From positions 94,755,309 through 94,819,308 of the forward strand of contig JARDVH010000059.1 in NCBI GenBank assembly GCA_030324005.1: 64,000 nucleotides of DNA, given 5' to 3'. Below the pieces are notes generated by a model. The model made no database searches, was not told the DNA's origin, and saw only the letters and a list, made by a program, of their open reading frames with translations. Shown one piece after another: positions 1 to 12,600 of this stretch. Within the stretch, counting starts at the first letter, position 1; each line of letters opens with the position of its first letter. The stretch comes from Negaprion brevirostris. Taxonomy: Eukaryota. Made by a program: the position numbers and the translations under genes.

Positions 1-699
1 CAGGAGATCGGGGCTGCTGGGGGATTGAGGCAGGCTGGAGGGAGAGAGGAGTGGGGATGGAGATCAGGGGTGGCCTGGACACATCAGGAAGGCCAGCAAT
101 CAGGGGTGGGGGTGTCAGCAAGGCCAGCGATGCAGAGTCATGGGGCTGGCCTGCAATCAAGCTGGCCAGTGATCAAGAGGCTGCCAATGTGAGTTACTGT
201 GTATGCGCCAATCTCGATGCTGACAGATCGGTGCATGTACAGAGACCTGCTNNNNNNNNNNTCTTCGCGAGATTCACTCTAGGGCATTCTGTGATGCACA
301 GAATGTGGAAGATTCGTTTTGAAAATCCCACTGATAAAAACAGTGGGATTTACTCCAGTTCTTACACAAATTCGGCACTTAGAATTTTTTTGAGAGAATC
401 CCACCCAATATATTAAAACTCTCCACTTCTTCAACAAACTCATGTGAAAGTTCCAAAGACTAATTCCTTATAAAATGGGTGTTTCTGTAGTACTGGCAGC
501 TGTCTTGCTGGCGTGCATTCACTCAAGGTGGCTGTCAGCCAGCCACCTTTGTTCTACAGCACATATAAAATGTTATAAATTAGCAGAGAGCTGATATCCA
601 TTGCTGTAATCAGAGTTTATCCCTCCTGATACCCTCCAGGCTGTACTTCAGCCTTCAGGGTATTTCTATTCTGGTGTCAGTACAAATGAAAGTTATTTG

Positions 700-860
700 C
701 AAGTTGATCTTTCTCTACGTCCTGGCTATGACTATAACACTACATTCTGAAACCTCTCCATCCTTCTCTATGTACGGTATGCTTTTTCTGAATAGCATGC
801 AAGAAGCAATACTTTTGACTGTATACTAATACATGTGACAATAATAAATCAAATCAAATG
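700..860 (+). mobile_element. Rex1/Babar-like LINE 3' fragment
   Basis: Near-identical to the 3' tail at about 16230-16400; ends in (ATCAA)n. Confidence 0.6.
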
Positions 861-2164
861 CTAGACAAATTTTGCCCTACAGCTTTTCTGTAATAAAAGT
901 GGGCATAGAGAGAAAACTTTTGCTCTGTATTCTCCTGAGGGTATTGCAAGTCACAGTTCTGTTTCGTACCACTTACTCAAAGTGATAATATGTCTAACAA
1001 TGGAGACACATGCTTTGGTTTATCAGACTAAAAAAAAGCTTCTTCCTTGTTTGCCGTCAGATCTGGCTGACTATATTAGCTCCATGCATCACCTATATAC
1101 AAATGGCTTGCTCTTTTCTTGCACACCTCCACAGGACATTTACCTATTTGGATGGAGTGACAGAGATCACCCCCTTAAGGAACTGTATCCCAGCAGTGAA
1201 TTTGAGACAGGGCAGGAAACTGTCACGGAAAGGGATAATAAAATGAGAAGATAAATATGAACACTTGAAGGCACATTATAACCAACTGACTGCAGCAAGC
1301 AAGAACGGGTTTAAGACAAATAAAAATACACAGAAATTTGGTCACCACAGGATTCTGGTAAAGGGATTTGAAAACAAGGATGAGAATCTGAACAGGGGCA
1401 TTGCTGGATTTAAAGCCAATGTCGGACAGTAAACACAGGAGTGATGGGTGAATGGGTCTTGGTGTCAGTTAGGATACTCAACTTTATAGAGGGGATTCGA
1501 GCCTGGCTGCAGGAGAACATTGGAATAGGTGAGGCAGTTTCATTATAAAAGTGGATGCCAATAGCAAAAAAAGTTGACAAAAGGTAATAATAGAAAGTAA
1601 GGGCAGATCTTTAATAAAATATATTTGTACATATTTTAGAAATGTCACCATTTTACAAACACATGTGCATGTCTTCTGGTAGGATGAAGCCTCAATTTTC
1701 CTCACAATCAGATCCAGCAAGTAAATTTGCAAAGCAATTGGATTTTGGAATGTTAATATTAAAAGTAACATTTTTCTGAACCAGCTGATTTCCTTTGGGT
1801 GTAATATCAAACATTCCATTGTACTGTTAAAACCACTGTTTTTAAAGTAATGGATCCTCCATTAATAACTTAGACCAGCCAAGCATTTTGGTACATGTGG
1901 TACAGACGCCATCATGGTCTGCTAATTGTGAACTAAATTTAGCATGATACAGTAGCTGACCTGAAGTGGGTCTTTGTTATCATGATCAAGTATTAGAGCC
2001 TGAGTCACGCTGTAACCACTGCACTGTGCAATAACATCTTGAAAAGGTAGTCACTTTCAGAAGAGGGTGTAATTAATACCAATAGATCTACTCACCTTCG
2101 TAAAAGACAAGTAGCTGTAAATGAAATGGAAGCTTGGGACATCTGTATGTCGGAGTCTCTGGAA

Positions 2165-2490
2165 CAGGATCCACTTCCTGCTGCCTCGGAAAAGCAGTTA
2201 GCATGATCAAGGACATCACACACCCTGGGCATTCTCTCTTCCACCTTCTTCCATTGGGAAAAAGATTCAAAAGCCTGAGGTCATGTACAAACTAACTCAA
2301 GAACAGCTTCTTCCCTGCTGCCAACAGACTTTTGAATAGACCTACTTCATATTAAGTTGATCTTTCTCTATATTCTAGCTATGGCTGTAACACTACATTC
2401 TGTACCATCTTCTTTCCTTTTCTATGAATAGTATGCTTTGTCTGTATAGCTTGCAAGAAACAATCCTTTCACTGTGTGTGTAATAATAAA
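2165..2490 (+). mobile_element. Rex1/Babar-like LINE 3' fragment
   Basis: Similar to 16060-16390 (cacttcctgccgcctc...aagttgatctttctcta). Confidence 0.65.
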
Positions 2491-3268
2491 AAATTCGGAT
2501 CCACACATGCTACATGGGACAGTGAAAGCACATTGAAATTGAGCTTCAGTCATTGTCCTTGACTATGCAAATACACACAAATATGTTTCATCACAAGTCA
2601 TAAAATTATAAAATAAAATAACTCAAATAAAATTCCAAAAGGTCAGCATGATCGAGAGAATTTGGTTTTTATTGGCAACATGACAAATCAGTAAACAAAC
2701 CATTATCCAAAGTTCAACAACTCATCCATTAAATGCAACATGCTGTAATGGAAAAGTCAAAATTATATTGAAAATAAAATGTAGTAATCATTTTACATGC
2801 TATAGCTAAACTGGGGCAAACAAGGTGTTAATGGTTTGTGTTCCAGTAAAATTATAATTCAGTGATTTTAGTGCTGTGGAGAGGCATGGTTTATTCATGA
2901 ACTTTTGGGACATTTTGTACTCATTGATAAACTCAGTGCTCAGCTTATTTGATCCTTTGTCCACTTTTCAAATCATGTATTGGGTCTAGTACCTCCATAT
3001 CCATGGATGAGATGTTCATTACAGCCCACCATAGATCTTCCAACTTTAGAAAGCACTTTCTACTGCATCATTCCTTTTGCCTTTCTCATTCACTTTCTCA
3101 ACTGGTACTGTTAATTTACAAGCTAAACCTTCTGAAATATTGGGAACTGGAATGTGAATTCCTTACAGCTGCCAGGAAGGCTTTTCTTCCCACCAGTATA
3201 GGTTGGATTCAAAATTAAGTTCCAGAGGTTAAAGTCCGGTGCTCTAACCCGGTGCAGTTTTCTCTGCC

Positions 3269-3320
3269 AATACTTCATATGATAATACTTCATAATGACA
3301 ATACTTCATAATGATAATGA
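3269..3320. repeat. Tandem repeat, about 16 bp unit AATACTTCATAATGAY, three copies
   Basis: Directly visible. Confidence 0.75.
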
Positions 3321-4904
3321 TTCAGTCTCTAATCACAAGAAGATGATACATTGTCCCATTGCACAACATTTGATCTGTTTCCTGTTGATCAAATCCCAGA
3401 AGAAACATAAATCCACAATACCTATGAATCCAAGATTAATATCTTAAAATACAAAATTAAAATTTTATTCCTTCAAAATAATCCTGACTGAATAATGTAT
3501 TTTAATGAGTCAACGCTAAAACGTTCATAAGTATTAAATGCAATAGTCTTTCACTTAGAAGAACAAGGGAACTAGAAAGAACTGAGGTTCAAATAATTGA
3601 GGGGCATGCAGACATCAATATAATATTGTTACGAAGGGGAGGTTAATCTCCTGAGAACTAACACTCAGCCAGTCAAAGAGAAGTACTTCCCTTCATAATC
3701 TGTAAAAGAGTGTGTGAGAAGGGATAATGTCTGCGCTTCAGTAAATTTTTGTGGTTAAATCAAAATAACTACCTGAGACTCTTTCTATAAAAGCAACAAA
3801 TAACACCTTATTCATCTAACTAACAGTGAACAGGATAACCAAACTATTAGCAAACTGGATAAAACACTATTCTAATGGAATACTGTTTAGATAAATACAA
3901 TTCCCACTTAATGCCAAAAAAATTAAAATTTGTAGTCAGTCTCAAAATATAACCAGGTTTTATCTTCTGGAATGTTCTTTCTTCTTTATTGATTTCTCCT
4001 GCCTTCACTTGCTTTTGTATTGGTACCTTTGCGATTGAGATTAGGCTTTCTTTCAATACATAAGTATGCTGTTAGAGACAGTTTCTGGCTGTGCCTCTCT
4101 TTAGCTGTGAACTGTGATAGAGGCTGACTGTCTGGCAGTTGTTGTCTGGCTCTCTGGAGCTGGGAGCTGCTCTTATACTTCTGATGACATACCAAAATCC
4201 CCACAATAGGATTGGTTTACGATTATCAAAACTCAAATTTGATAGGCAGCTGCTATTCAATTGCCTAGTTTAAACAGGTTGGACAAACTTCAAAAACTAC
4301 CTGTTGTCTAGGCAGCACCACTGCCGAGCCTCATGATACAAGGTTTCATTCTGTGCTCTCTGTGTACTGTATTTTTACACCTGCATCTCTTTTTTAAAAA
4401 CACCATTTTTTGAACAGAACCATAAATTTTACTACTCTTAGCATGTTACAATTGTTGAAATAAAACATTAACTTCACAACAATATGCAGCTTATTAATTT
4501 ACACATGTGATTGATCCTCCTCTTACTAAGTTCGAATGCCTATTACCATTAGACAAACACTTGGCTCTGGGTTCCAGCAGAAGTTCTTCAAATTAGCCAC
4601 AGTATTTGAATGAACAGAACAAATATGAATGGTAAATACACCACCCTGCAACTCATTCGGAGATCAGGTCTGTTAAGCCACAAACCAGCCTACGCCAAGA
4701 TACTGTGACTTATTTAATGGCATCTGTGTTTGTGATGTTCTTAGACATTCAGTTAATGTTAGCTAATCTTGGACTTTGTGAAGGCCTCAGATTAACTTTA
4801 GGTCGTTGTATCAATGATAACAAGATTAATATTGATAAAAGTATTAATTCATATATTTCTGAGTTTGATCCATTTTTGATGAGCCTGGCAAAATGTTAAA
4901 GATC

Positions 4905-5445
4905 TCAATGAACACTGCTCGACAATCACCAGGCAACAGTGTTCTCTTCCTGTTGGGGAACACTTCAGCAGTCATGGACATTTGGTCTCTGATCTTTGGG
5001 TGAGCGTTCTCCAAAGCAGCCTTCACAACACACGACAATGCTGAATCACTGAGCACAGACTGATAGCCAAGTTCTGCACACATGAGGACGGCCTCAACTG
5101 GGATCTTGGGTTTATGTCACACTATCTGTAACCCCCACGACTTGCCTGGGCTTGCAAAATCTCACTAACTGTCCTGGCTGAAGACAATACACACATCTTT
5201 AACCTGTGCTTACTCCTCTCTCCATTCATATTGTCTGTACCTTTAAGACTTGATTACCTGTAAAGACTCGCTTTCCAACCATTATTTTGTAAATTGAGTT
5301 TTTATCTCCCACTCACCTGATGAAGGAGCAGCACCCTGAAAGCTTGTGGCTTGAGCTACCAAATAAACCTGTTGGACTTTAACCTGGTGTTGTGAGACTT
5401 CTTACACGGCTAACCCCAGTCCAACACCGGCATCTCCACATCATG
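4905..5445 (+). mobile_element. Penelope-like element 3' fragment
   Basis: Same family as the copies at about 20930, 23214 and 55433 (ttggactttaacctggtgttgtgagac tail); degenerate hammerhead core at 5317. Confidence 0.7.
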
Positions 5446-6809
5446 GAAGCCTCCAAAGCCATAGACAAATTTTAAATACATTTACTTGATTAGGACACTG
5501 GCAGCCAGCCAGGTCCAGACCGGACCCAGCCTGTGGGGCTGGTCATACTTGTTCCCCACATTTCTTCGGCAGCTTTATCCACATCCTTGAAAAGGAACAT
5601 GAAGTGTCGACAGCTTGAGGCCTTCCGTGAGTGGGATCTTCAGGGACTATTAAGTGTAGTGGATACAGGAAATAAGATTGTTTAATTTGCTAAGTTTTCT
5701 ATGTCTCATTAAGAATTCAGCTTTGTTTGTTTCCCCCTTTTTAAAAAGAGGAATATTTTAATTAGTTTTATGTCGTTCGGATTGGTGACATTGGGGGTAC
5801 TCACTGCCTCATTATTGGTTAACAAAAAAGTAGTCATAAACACTACCAAATTTCAGTGTTCTGTTTCGGCAGCATTAGCAGAACCCCAGAGTTGAAATCC
5901 TTGGAAGAGGAAAATATGGAGGGCAAAGCCCTGGAGAGTTTTAGATAGCTTACAATTAACCCCTTCCTTATTATAACGGAGTTGTTTGTTGTTGGTTAAA
6001 GGATGGTGTGTTAGCTGTCGGTACTGTGTCTATGTTATAGCTTGCTGGCTTACAGTCTTCATGAGCTGTTTGCAACATTGGAAGGCCCGTTGTGGACAAC
6101 TCGCAATGCATACTAGTTGTTTGTTACTGTGCTACGTTCTTTGTGGTATTGTATTAAAAATTGCATGTTTATTGTTGGCATTGTGTTATATCAGGTTTAT
6201 TTCACATAATAATATAATTTATTATTGTGAGATGGTATTGTATCCTAGTTTGTAATTTGGAAGTGTAATGTGTTTTACATTTGTAAATAGTTTGATAAAT
6301 AAGAAGATTGATTCAGAGCAATCATCATGAGGCAAAGCATGCATTGAAAATCCCTTTACAAAAATCCAAGTTCACAAATTTCACACAGGGCAAACCAACT
6401 AAACAAAAATGTAAATGATGCTGGTCGTCTGGACTTTGAGAGTAGGATTACCAGGATTTGAGGATCTTAAGTGACAACATCAATATACAGAACTACACAC
6501 AAAAAAATCTGCAGTGTCTGCAAATGCATAACCCCCTTTTGCTCTCAGCTCCCTGAGCCTCAGGCGCATCCAGCAGTTTATAAAGATACACAGACAGACT
6601 GGGCGACAGAGTTTGGAGACTGACGGATTAGGTCTTGAAAATTAAGACAGCAGTTAGCCATTAAAGGAACAAAAAGTGCGGTTAAAACCGTTGCATCCCA
6701 AGCTGCTGCTTAGTTGCACAAATGGATGGGCATGCAAAATTGGCATCAATATGGAAAGTTGTGCAGTGGGTCAAATTTAAATGAAACAGTATCAAATGCA
6801 GATTTAAAA

Positions 6810-7090
6810 TTTTAAGTTTATTTATTAGTGTCTCAAGTAGGCTTACATTTACACTACAATGAAGTTACTGTGAAAATCCCCAAGTCACACTCCAGTGCAT
6901 GGTTCAGGTACACTGAGGGAGAATTTAGCATGGCCAATACACCTAATTAGCACATTGTTCAGACTATGGAAGGAAACTGGCACACCCAGTGGAAACCAAC
7001 ACATATGTACACTCTGCACTGACAAGGACCCAAGTCAGGAATTGGACCAAGGTCCCTGGCACTGTGAGGCAGCAGTGCTAACATTGTGAT
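6810..7090 (-). mobile_element. tRNA-derived SINE (HE1/V-SINE-like)
   Basis: Reverse complement of the SINE at 9330-9620. Confidence 0.7.
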
Positions 7091-7283
7091 TATGAATTAC
7101 TGACATTTTTAAAGTCTGCTGCGGTTGAGACATACATATTTATAGACACACACACACACATATTTAAAAATTACCCTGTGGGTCTAACACAGGATTGTGC
7201 ACAAGAACTAGTTGGCAAAAAAACATTTCTGCTCAGCACTCACAGATTTGGAGAAAACTTATTTTTATTCACCATGTTAATCT

Positions 7284-7388
7284 GGGACGGCACAGTGTTA
7301 ACACTCACGGCGCCAGAGACCTGGGTTCAATTCACAGCTTGCGTCGCTGTCTGTGCAGTGTTTGCATGTTCTCCTCGTGCCCACGTGG
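7284..7388 (+). mobile_element. tRNA-derived SINE 5' part, cut by an assembly gap
   Basis: ggcacagtg...cacggcgccagagacctgggttcaatt (B-box-like). Confidence 0.6.
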
Positions 7389-7781
7389 NNNNNNNNNNNN
7401 NNNNNNNNNNNNNNNNNNNNNNNNNNNNNNNNNNNNNNNNNNNNNNNNNNNNNNNNNNNNNNNNNNNNNNNNNNNNNNNNNNNNNNNNNNNNNNNNNNNN
7501 NNNNNNNNNNNNNNNNNNNNNNNNNNNNNNNNNNNNNNNNNNNNNNNNNNNNNNNNNNNNNNNNNNNNNNNNNNNNNNNNNNNNCAGAAAACGTGACAGC
7601 ACTTGGACATGCCGTGGGACGAGAAAGGGACTGTTGACAGATCCATAGCAGTTGAGACTCAGCAAAATACAATCATTTGACCCTCTCCCACCCAGCACGG
7701 GGTGGGCTGTGTGCGGCAGTAACTGCTGCACAAGGACCGTCCGGCCCCTCGTGCGGTTACTGTGGAAACCGGGTTTGAGGG

Positions 7782-7790
7782 GGGGCGGGG
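7782..7790 (+). promoter_or_regulatory. GC box (Sp/KLF site)
   Basis: GGGGCGGGG about 60 nt upstream of the TATA box. Confidence 0.65.
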
Positions 7791-7841
7791 GGAGAAGGAT
7801 GAGGAGACGGAGCTACCAACATCCGGGTTCCGAACCGAGGC

Positions 7842-7848
7842 TATAAAA
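7842..7848 (+). promoter_or_regulatory. TATA box
   Basis: Canonical TATAAAA(G) in GC-rich context, about 30 nt upstream of a pyrimidine-rich putative TSS. Confidence 0.75.
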
Positions 7849-7908
7849 GCTTGCGCCCGGCGGTCTGCTGCTCCTTTTCCTCTCTGTCTGCAGCTTGTAG
7901 TGGAACTT

Positions 7909-7914
7909 ATGTGA
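7909..7914 (+). other. Start-stop minimal uORF (ATG TGA)
   Basis: actt-ATG-TGA in exon 1, weak Kozak context. Confidence 0.6.
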
Positions 7915-7951
7915 GGCGCTCCTTCCACCTTCCAAGCGGGACCAGCTTTTT

Positions 7952-8005
7952 ATGGCAGAGGGCGGTCATCGTCTTTCTCTTGTACGTCCCCCTATTACTT
8001 TTTAA
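7952..8005 (+). CDS. AUG-initiated 17-aa uORF (MAEGGHRLSLVRPPITF*)
   Basis: ATG 7952 (ttt-ATG-g), open to TAA 8003-8005, 2 nt before the uCC AUU. Confidence 0.6.
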   Translation: MAEGGHRLSLVRPPITF

Positions 8006-8007
8006 AA

Positions 8008-8061
8008 ATTCCGCCTAAAAAGAGAAGACGCTTTACCAAATCTTTTGGGCCGTTATCTCAC
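8008..8061 (+). CDS. AZIN1 uCC non-AUG uORF, part 1 (AUU start; IPPKKRRRFTKSFGPLSH)
   Basis: AAA-ATT-CCG context; peptide matches the recalled vertebrate AZIN1 uCC N-terminus (IPPKKRRRFTRLFGPLSH); phase-0 donor. Confidence 0.92.
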
Positions 8062-8429
8062 GTAAGTACAGTTTTTTCCTTTCAACAGTGAGGGGGTGGT
8101 GCCATGTTTCTGAAATCTGTAAACCTGTCCATTCAATGAGACGAGCGGTGGTAACAAAAAAAGGGCCTCAGATGAACCGAGAGTGGGATTGAGATGTAAA
8201 ATAGTGCGACGTTGTTATAAGGAGGGATACGCTGGTGTTGTTGGAGGAAAATACTTGTTTGTGTGTGGGGCGACAGCTGACCGGCTCGGCCTTCGTCGTC
8301 CTTTCAGTTCGAAGGCGGACTTGCCTATTTCAGCGTGCACCGCGGCTGATACCGCCCCCTCCTCCCCTTGCCGGCGCTCCCATTGGAGGAGAGGGAAGGC
8401 GGTCCTTCATTACTGTATGGCTCTAGTGG

Positions 8430-8489
8430 CTGTCAATCAAATGGCGTCAGCGCGCTGTGACGTTGGCCTGGATCTGAATGGAAGTGACG
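8430..8489 (+). promoter_or_regulatory. Intron-1 motif cluster (PBX/PKNOX decamer, YY1-like, CRE half-site, ETS-CRE)
   Basis: CTGTCAATCA (8430-8439) overlapping AAATGGCG, then TGACGT and GGAAGTGACG (8480-8489). Motif matches only. Confidence 0.45.
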
Positions 8490-9329
8490 GTTGGGGACGG
8501 CGATTTATTCACATCTGTTTTGAAATAAAATGTCGCGCGAGGGGGCTGAATTTCACATTTTTGGCGGAGCGGCCATCTCTCACTGGAAGGAATGGCGCAC
8601 CCTGCTTTTATATCCTCTCGATTCAAACTTCCAACCGAAAGGCGTTTTTAAAAAACATACATATTCAAAATATTTTCGGTTCTATATTGGTATTGTGCCT
8701 CGGGTCGCCGGCTGTGTTATACTCGGCAAGTGGCGCAGTGATGGCCGCCCTGCATGTGGCAGGGGTAGAGAGTATGGCAGCACCAGCTTGAAGAGGAAAG
8801 ACAAGTGAGGATTCGATCTCCTTCCCAAACCCCTTTCTCCCAGGCTTTCCGTGCAAGTGGAGCTGGCTCCCTGGGCTGTCAAGCTGGCACAATTCCCCCA
8901 TCACTTTATTTTAAAAAAAGGAAAAGCTAGATACTGCGAATGTTGAAAATAGAAAGGTATAGCGCGCAAGAAACAATACTTTTTCACGGTACGTTAGTAC
9001 ATAGAATCTACAGTGCAGAAAACCATTGGTCCATCGAGTTTGCATTGCCCACAATACCATCCAGTCCATATCCCCGTAACCCAATGCATTTATCCTAGCT
9101 AATCGCCGTGATACTGAGGGGCAATTTAACATGGTCAGTCCACTTAACCCACACGTCTTTGGACTTGTATGTGACAATAAATCAAATCAAAAATGCTCAA
9201 TGGCTCAGCATCACGGCTCAGAGAGAGAAGTGGTGGAGCTTAAACATATTTGACAAGAATTGGACTCGGAATGTTAACTCTTCAATCTTGAATTGACTTA
9301 TTATTTTTCGTCACATGTATTGAGGTATG

Positions 9330-9620
9330 GGGAGGCATGGCAGCTTAGCACTGCTGCCTCACAGCGCCAGGGACCTGTGTTCGATTCCCAGCTTGTCACT
9401 GTGTAATTTGCACGTTCTCCTTGAGTCTGCATGGGTTTCCTCTGGGTGCTTCGGTTTCCTACAGTTCGAAAGACATGCTAGTTAGGTGCGTTGGCCGTGC
9501 TCAATTCTCCTTCAGTGTACCCAAACAGATGCCTGAGTGTGGCGACTGAGGGATTTTTACAGTCACTTAGTTGCAGTGTTATTGTAAGCCTACTTGTGAC
9601 ACTAATCAACTTTAAACTTT
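9330..9620 (+). mobile_element. tRNA-derived SINE (HE1/V-SINE-like)
   Basis: tagcactgctgcctcacagcgccagggacctgtgttcgattcc head; V-domain-like tttgcacgttctcc...tgggtttcctctgggtgct. Confidence 0.75.
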
Positions 9621-12600
9621 ACACTGGAAAGCATTCTTTTCCTCCGTCCAGATTGCCACCAGACCCCGCTGAACTTTTCCAACACTTTTGTTTTTAATCA
9701 CAATCTATTATCCTTGTAGTGCAAAGCAATTCTCCCCCCCCCCCCCCCCAAACAAAGTACTAAAGTAACTGGAAACTTTGACGTGGTTCCAACTCAACGA
9801 CAGTGATGGAAAGTTGGCATGTCTTTTTCTTCAGCTATAACTTTCCTGCACCGGTTTTGTTTATTTTGGCCACAAGGAACTTTCCAAAGGATTGTCACCA
9901 GATCTTTAATGGAGGTGGGGAGGGAGAAACTAACATCATTTCCATCGCCGGCCATTATCAAGCTTTGAATTCCCAACGGTTCCATACCCATTTATTTGAA
10001 AGTAGAACGTGCTTTAATTTCATTAGTCCACTACTTTTTTTAATCGTGGTTGGCATCGAACACAATGCTGCATTCCCGTGACAAAACCCAGCCAGGTTTT
10101 CGGCTCCAGTGGGCTAAAGCAAAACAACATTATGCAGTTTAATTGTCTGTTTTGTTTGGATTGCCCCCTCAACGCCCATCCGTTTCTGGCTTTCAAAAAA
10201 AGGCGCGCCGGGTCAAAGAGAAAGTGGAAGGTGTGTGTGGGTGCCGGTTATTATTGTTTTTAAATAGTCGGTGGTGGTAATGTTCCGGTTGGGGCCGGCA
10301 CAGGCCAGATTGATGCTATTGTTGCGTGTGGACAATAGCGCCGGCTGCGCCTGTGGCAATAAATAGAGAGTGAAGCGGGGACAGCTGGAGCCGGGCATGC
10401 AGGAGTGCGCAGACAGCAAATCACACCACTGCTGATTTTAAACATTGTCAGGGAGTGAAGTCGGTCAGAGCTTTCGTAAATGTTTCAGGTAACATTGTGG
10501 ACTCTTATTTTGAAGTCCAGAGGAAAAAAATAATTCTGAGACACTGGGGTTGGGAGGAGGGAGTCAGCCTGTTTGTTTTCAAATCATCTCTCTCTCCCCC
10601 ACCCCCCGTTAAATTTCTACAGTTATACTCTTTAGGGATATTATATTGACTTTGGTCACTGCTAATAAAACTTGCTGAAATTGCATTGAATGTCCAAGAA
10701 CTCCAAGTCTCCTCAGCCTGTATGAAATATGTTACTTTTGTTGATGTTAAATGGATGCCAGAACAGAAATGACCTTTAGTAGTGCGTTTAATGTAAGTGA
10801 CAGTGAAGAGGTTTGGTCGTGATTGACACAATGTGCTCTCAAATCACAGTTGTTTAATTAATGTAATGTAGCAGTTTGTGGTTATTAAACCAAGTGACAA
10901 ACAGGTGGATGGAGTCTGTGCCACCAACGCCTAACTGAGGCTTAAGTAGCTGTTGAAAAAGACAACACCAAACTCCAATGTCCACCCCAAAAGATTATGT
11001 GCGGCATGTTGTATTCATGAATGAATTTTGTTGTGCAGTAAATGGCCATGAAGTGCTTGGAAGTTCAAAGTGCGTATAATGTCCACCCTGATGTTCCAGG
11101 TGGTTGAAAGCTCTGACTCCCACTGGTCCAGTTCACATGGAGTTGCGAACACAGTTCAAAGTAAGGCTGATAATTGGAGTTTTATTGCACTTCAAATAGA
11201 GTTAATAGCTGTACAGCATTGTTGCAGTACTTGAATTCCTTTGAACTATTTTCTGACTTTACCACTGGGAATGTATACGGACACAGTAAATGAACTTTTG
11301 AAGTGATTTTGTGCAATTAAGAACCCACTGTTTTGAAACCTTTGTTAAAAATAAACTTAACCTGAAATGGCCTATTTGAAGTGCTGCAGTGGGAATTCAA
11401 TAAATGTCATCTGATGAGCAAATGAAGTGGTCTGAACATGTCCTTAAAGATGTGGATAATATTCAAAGCTGTAAATGTTGATTGTGTATGGAGAAGCATT
11501 TGAGCTTTACAACGCAATAACAGTTGCTTAATATTGATGTGGACAAACTGGAATGGTTTCCTTAGCTAATTTTTACCTTTTTTATAGTCTCAAGAGTTTC
11601 ACCCGATGATCAAACAGTCAATTGTGCCTTATTAGAATGGCTGAGTGTTGTATCTGAGTGAAACAAAAACCAAAGAGTGCTGGAGGATTGCACAAACAGC
11701 ACGGTCAGTTGTGACATTCACTTGATTGTTGTCCGTAACTGTCATAGTGCATTGCATTTCAGTCAGCAGTGAGATCCAGCTGTTTACTGACAAAAATGGA
11801 TGCATGTCTTTTACTTGGCACAATGAGAAAATTACCCTAATCTTTGCCTTACTTCTCTATATCGATTCATGTGCCCGTTTGGTCAAACATTCCGTTAATT
11901 GTATTATTAAAGTTAACCATACATAAATGGAGGATACTGCTTAGGGAGGAGGCAAATACACATTTGTGATGTACTTTGTAAATAAAGGCAGCATTAAATA
12001 AGTTTGGCTTTTGGTTTCCTATTTTACCAACTGGCCTCAGAGTGAATTGACACTCTGGCCCTTTACTTACATTTTCCTTTTTCTTAATCTTCCTTTTCTT
12101 CTCTCTTCATTATTTCCCCTTCTTGAGTACTTTGCTGGCTCCACATCTAATTCCCTACCATTTCTCCTTGAAGTTCCTATTCTTGTGCTGCTCTTCCAGA
12201 CTTGAATGTCTTGGGTAGTTCCACAACATTCATTTGAGTCTCACCATCCTCCATAGGACCTGCCTCGTGGTCTCCTTACATGTAGCAGCCCTAACCTCCC
12301 CTCTCTTTGACCTTCCTCTCACTGGAGGGAGCACGCACAGCAGACATGTGGTAATACAAAGGGGTCAGCTGGTGCACAGCCTGAGTGTGCACTTCCAGGC
12401 TGCCATAACCTTGTTGCTGATGATTGTATCAACGTCATGGCCTTGATGAAACCTTTGTAATGCCACCTTCTTCTTTACTGAATCTGTGCTGTCTGACTAT
12501 AGCTTTCACAACTTTGCCATTCTGCATTGGTGATGGTGTGATCTCCATCACCAAACCTCAACTTGTTCTCTGCCTTTACTCAGCACTTTGTCACCATTGA

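Larger units (their letters stand above)
7874..8061 (+). other. AZIN1: AZIN1 exon 1 (5' leader; 5' end inferred)
   Basis: Ends at CAC|GTAAGT donor (8061/8062); contains the uCC start; TSS inferred from TATA spacing. Confidence 0.8.
7690..8790. promoter_or_regulatory. CpG-rich promoter/first exon/start of intron 1 of AZIN1
   Basis: Visibly high GC and CpG density against an AT-rich, CpG-poor background; spans the GC box, TATA box and exon 1. Boundaries approximate. Confidence 0.8.

Noticed and set aside
2881-3265. Coding-looking minus-strand stretch upstream of the promoter
   Set aside because: The frames I translated close within about 50 codons and resemble no protein I recognise.
3627-4450. 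Possible solo LTR (TGTTAC...TGTTACA)
   Set aside because: No clear target-site duplication or second copy in the window.
8183-8791. 202-aa ORF in the CpG island
   Set aside because: Lies in intron 1; GC-rich DNA is stop-poor; non-ATG start and no recognisable domain.
9330-9400. tRNA gene
   Set aside because: tRNA-like SINE head continuing into a SINE body; multiple diverged copies in the window.
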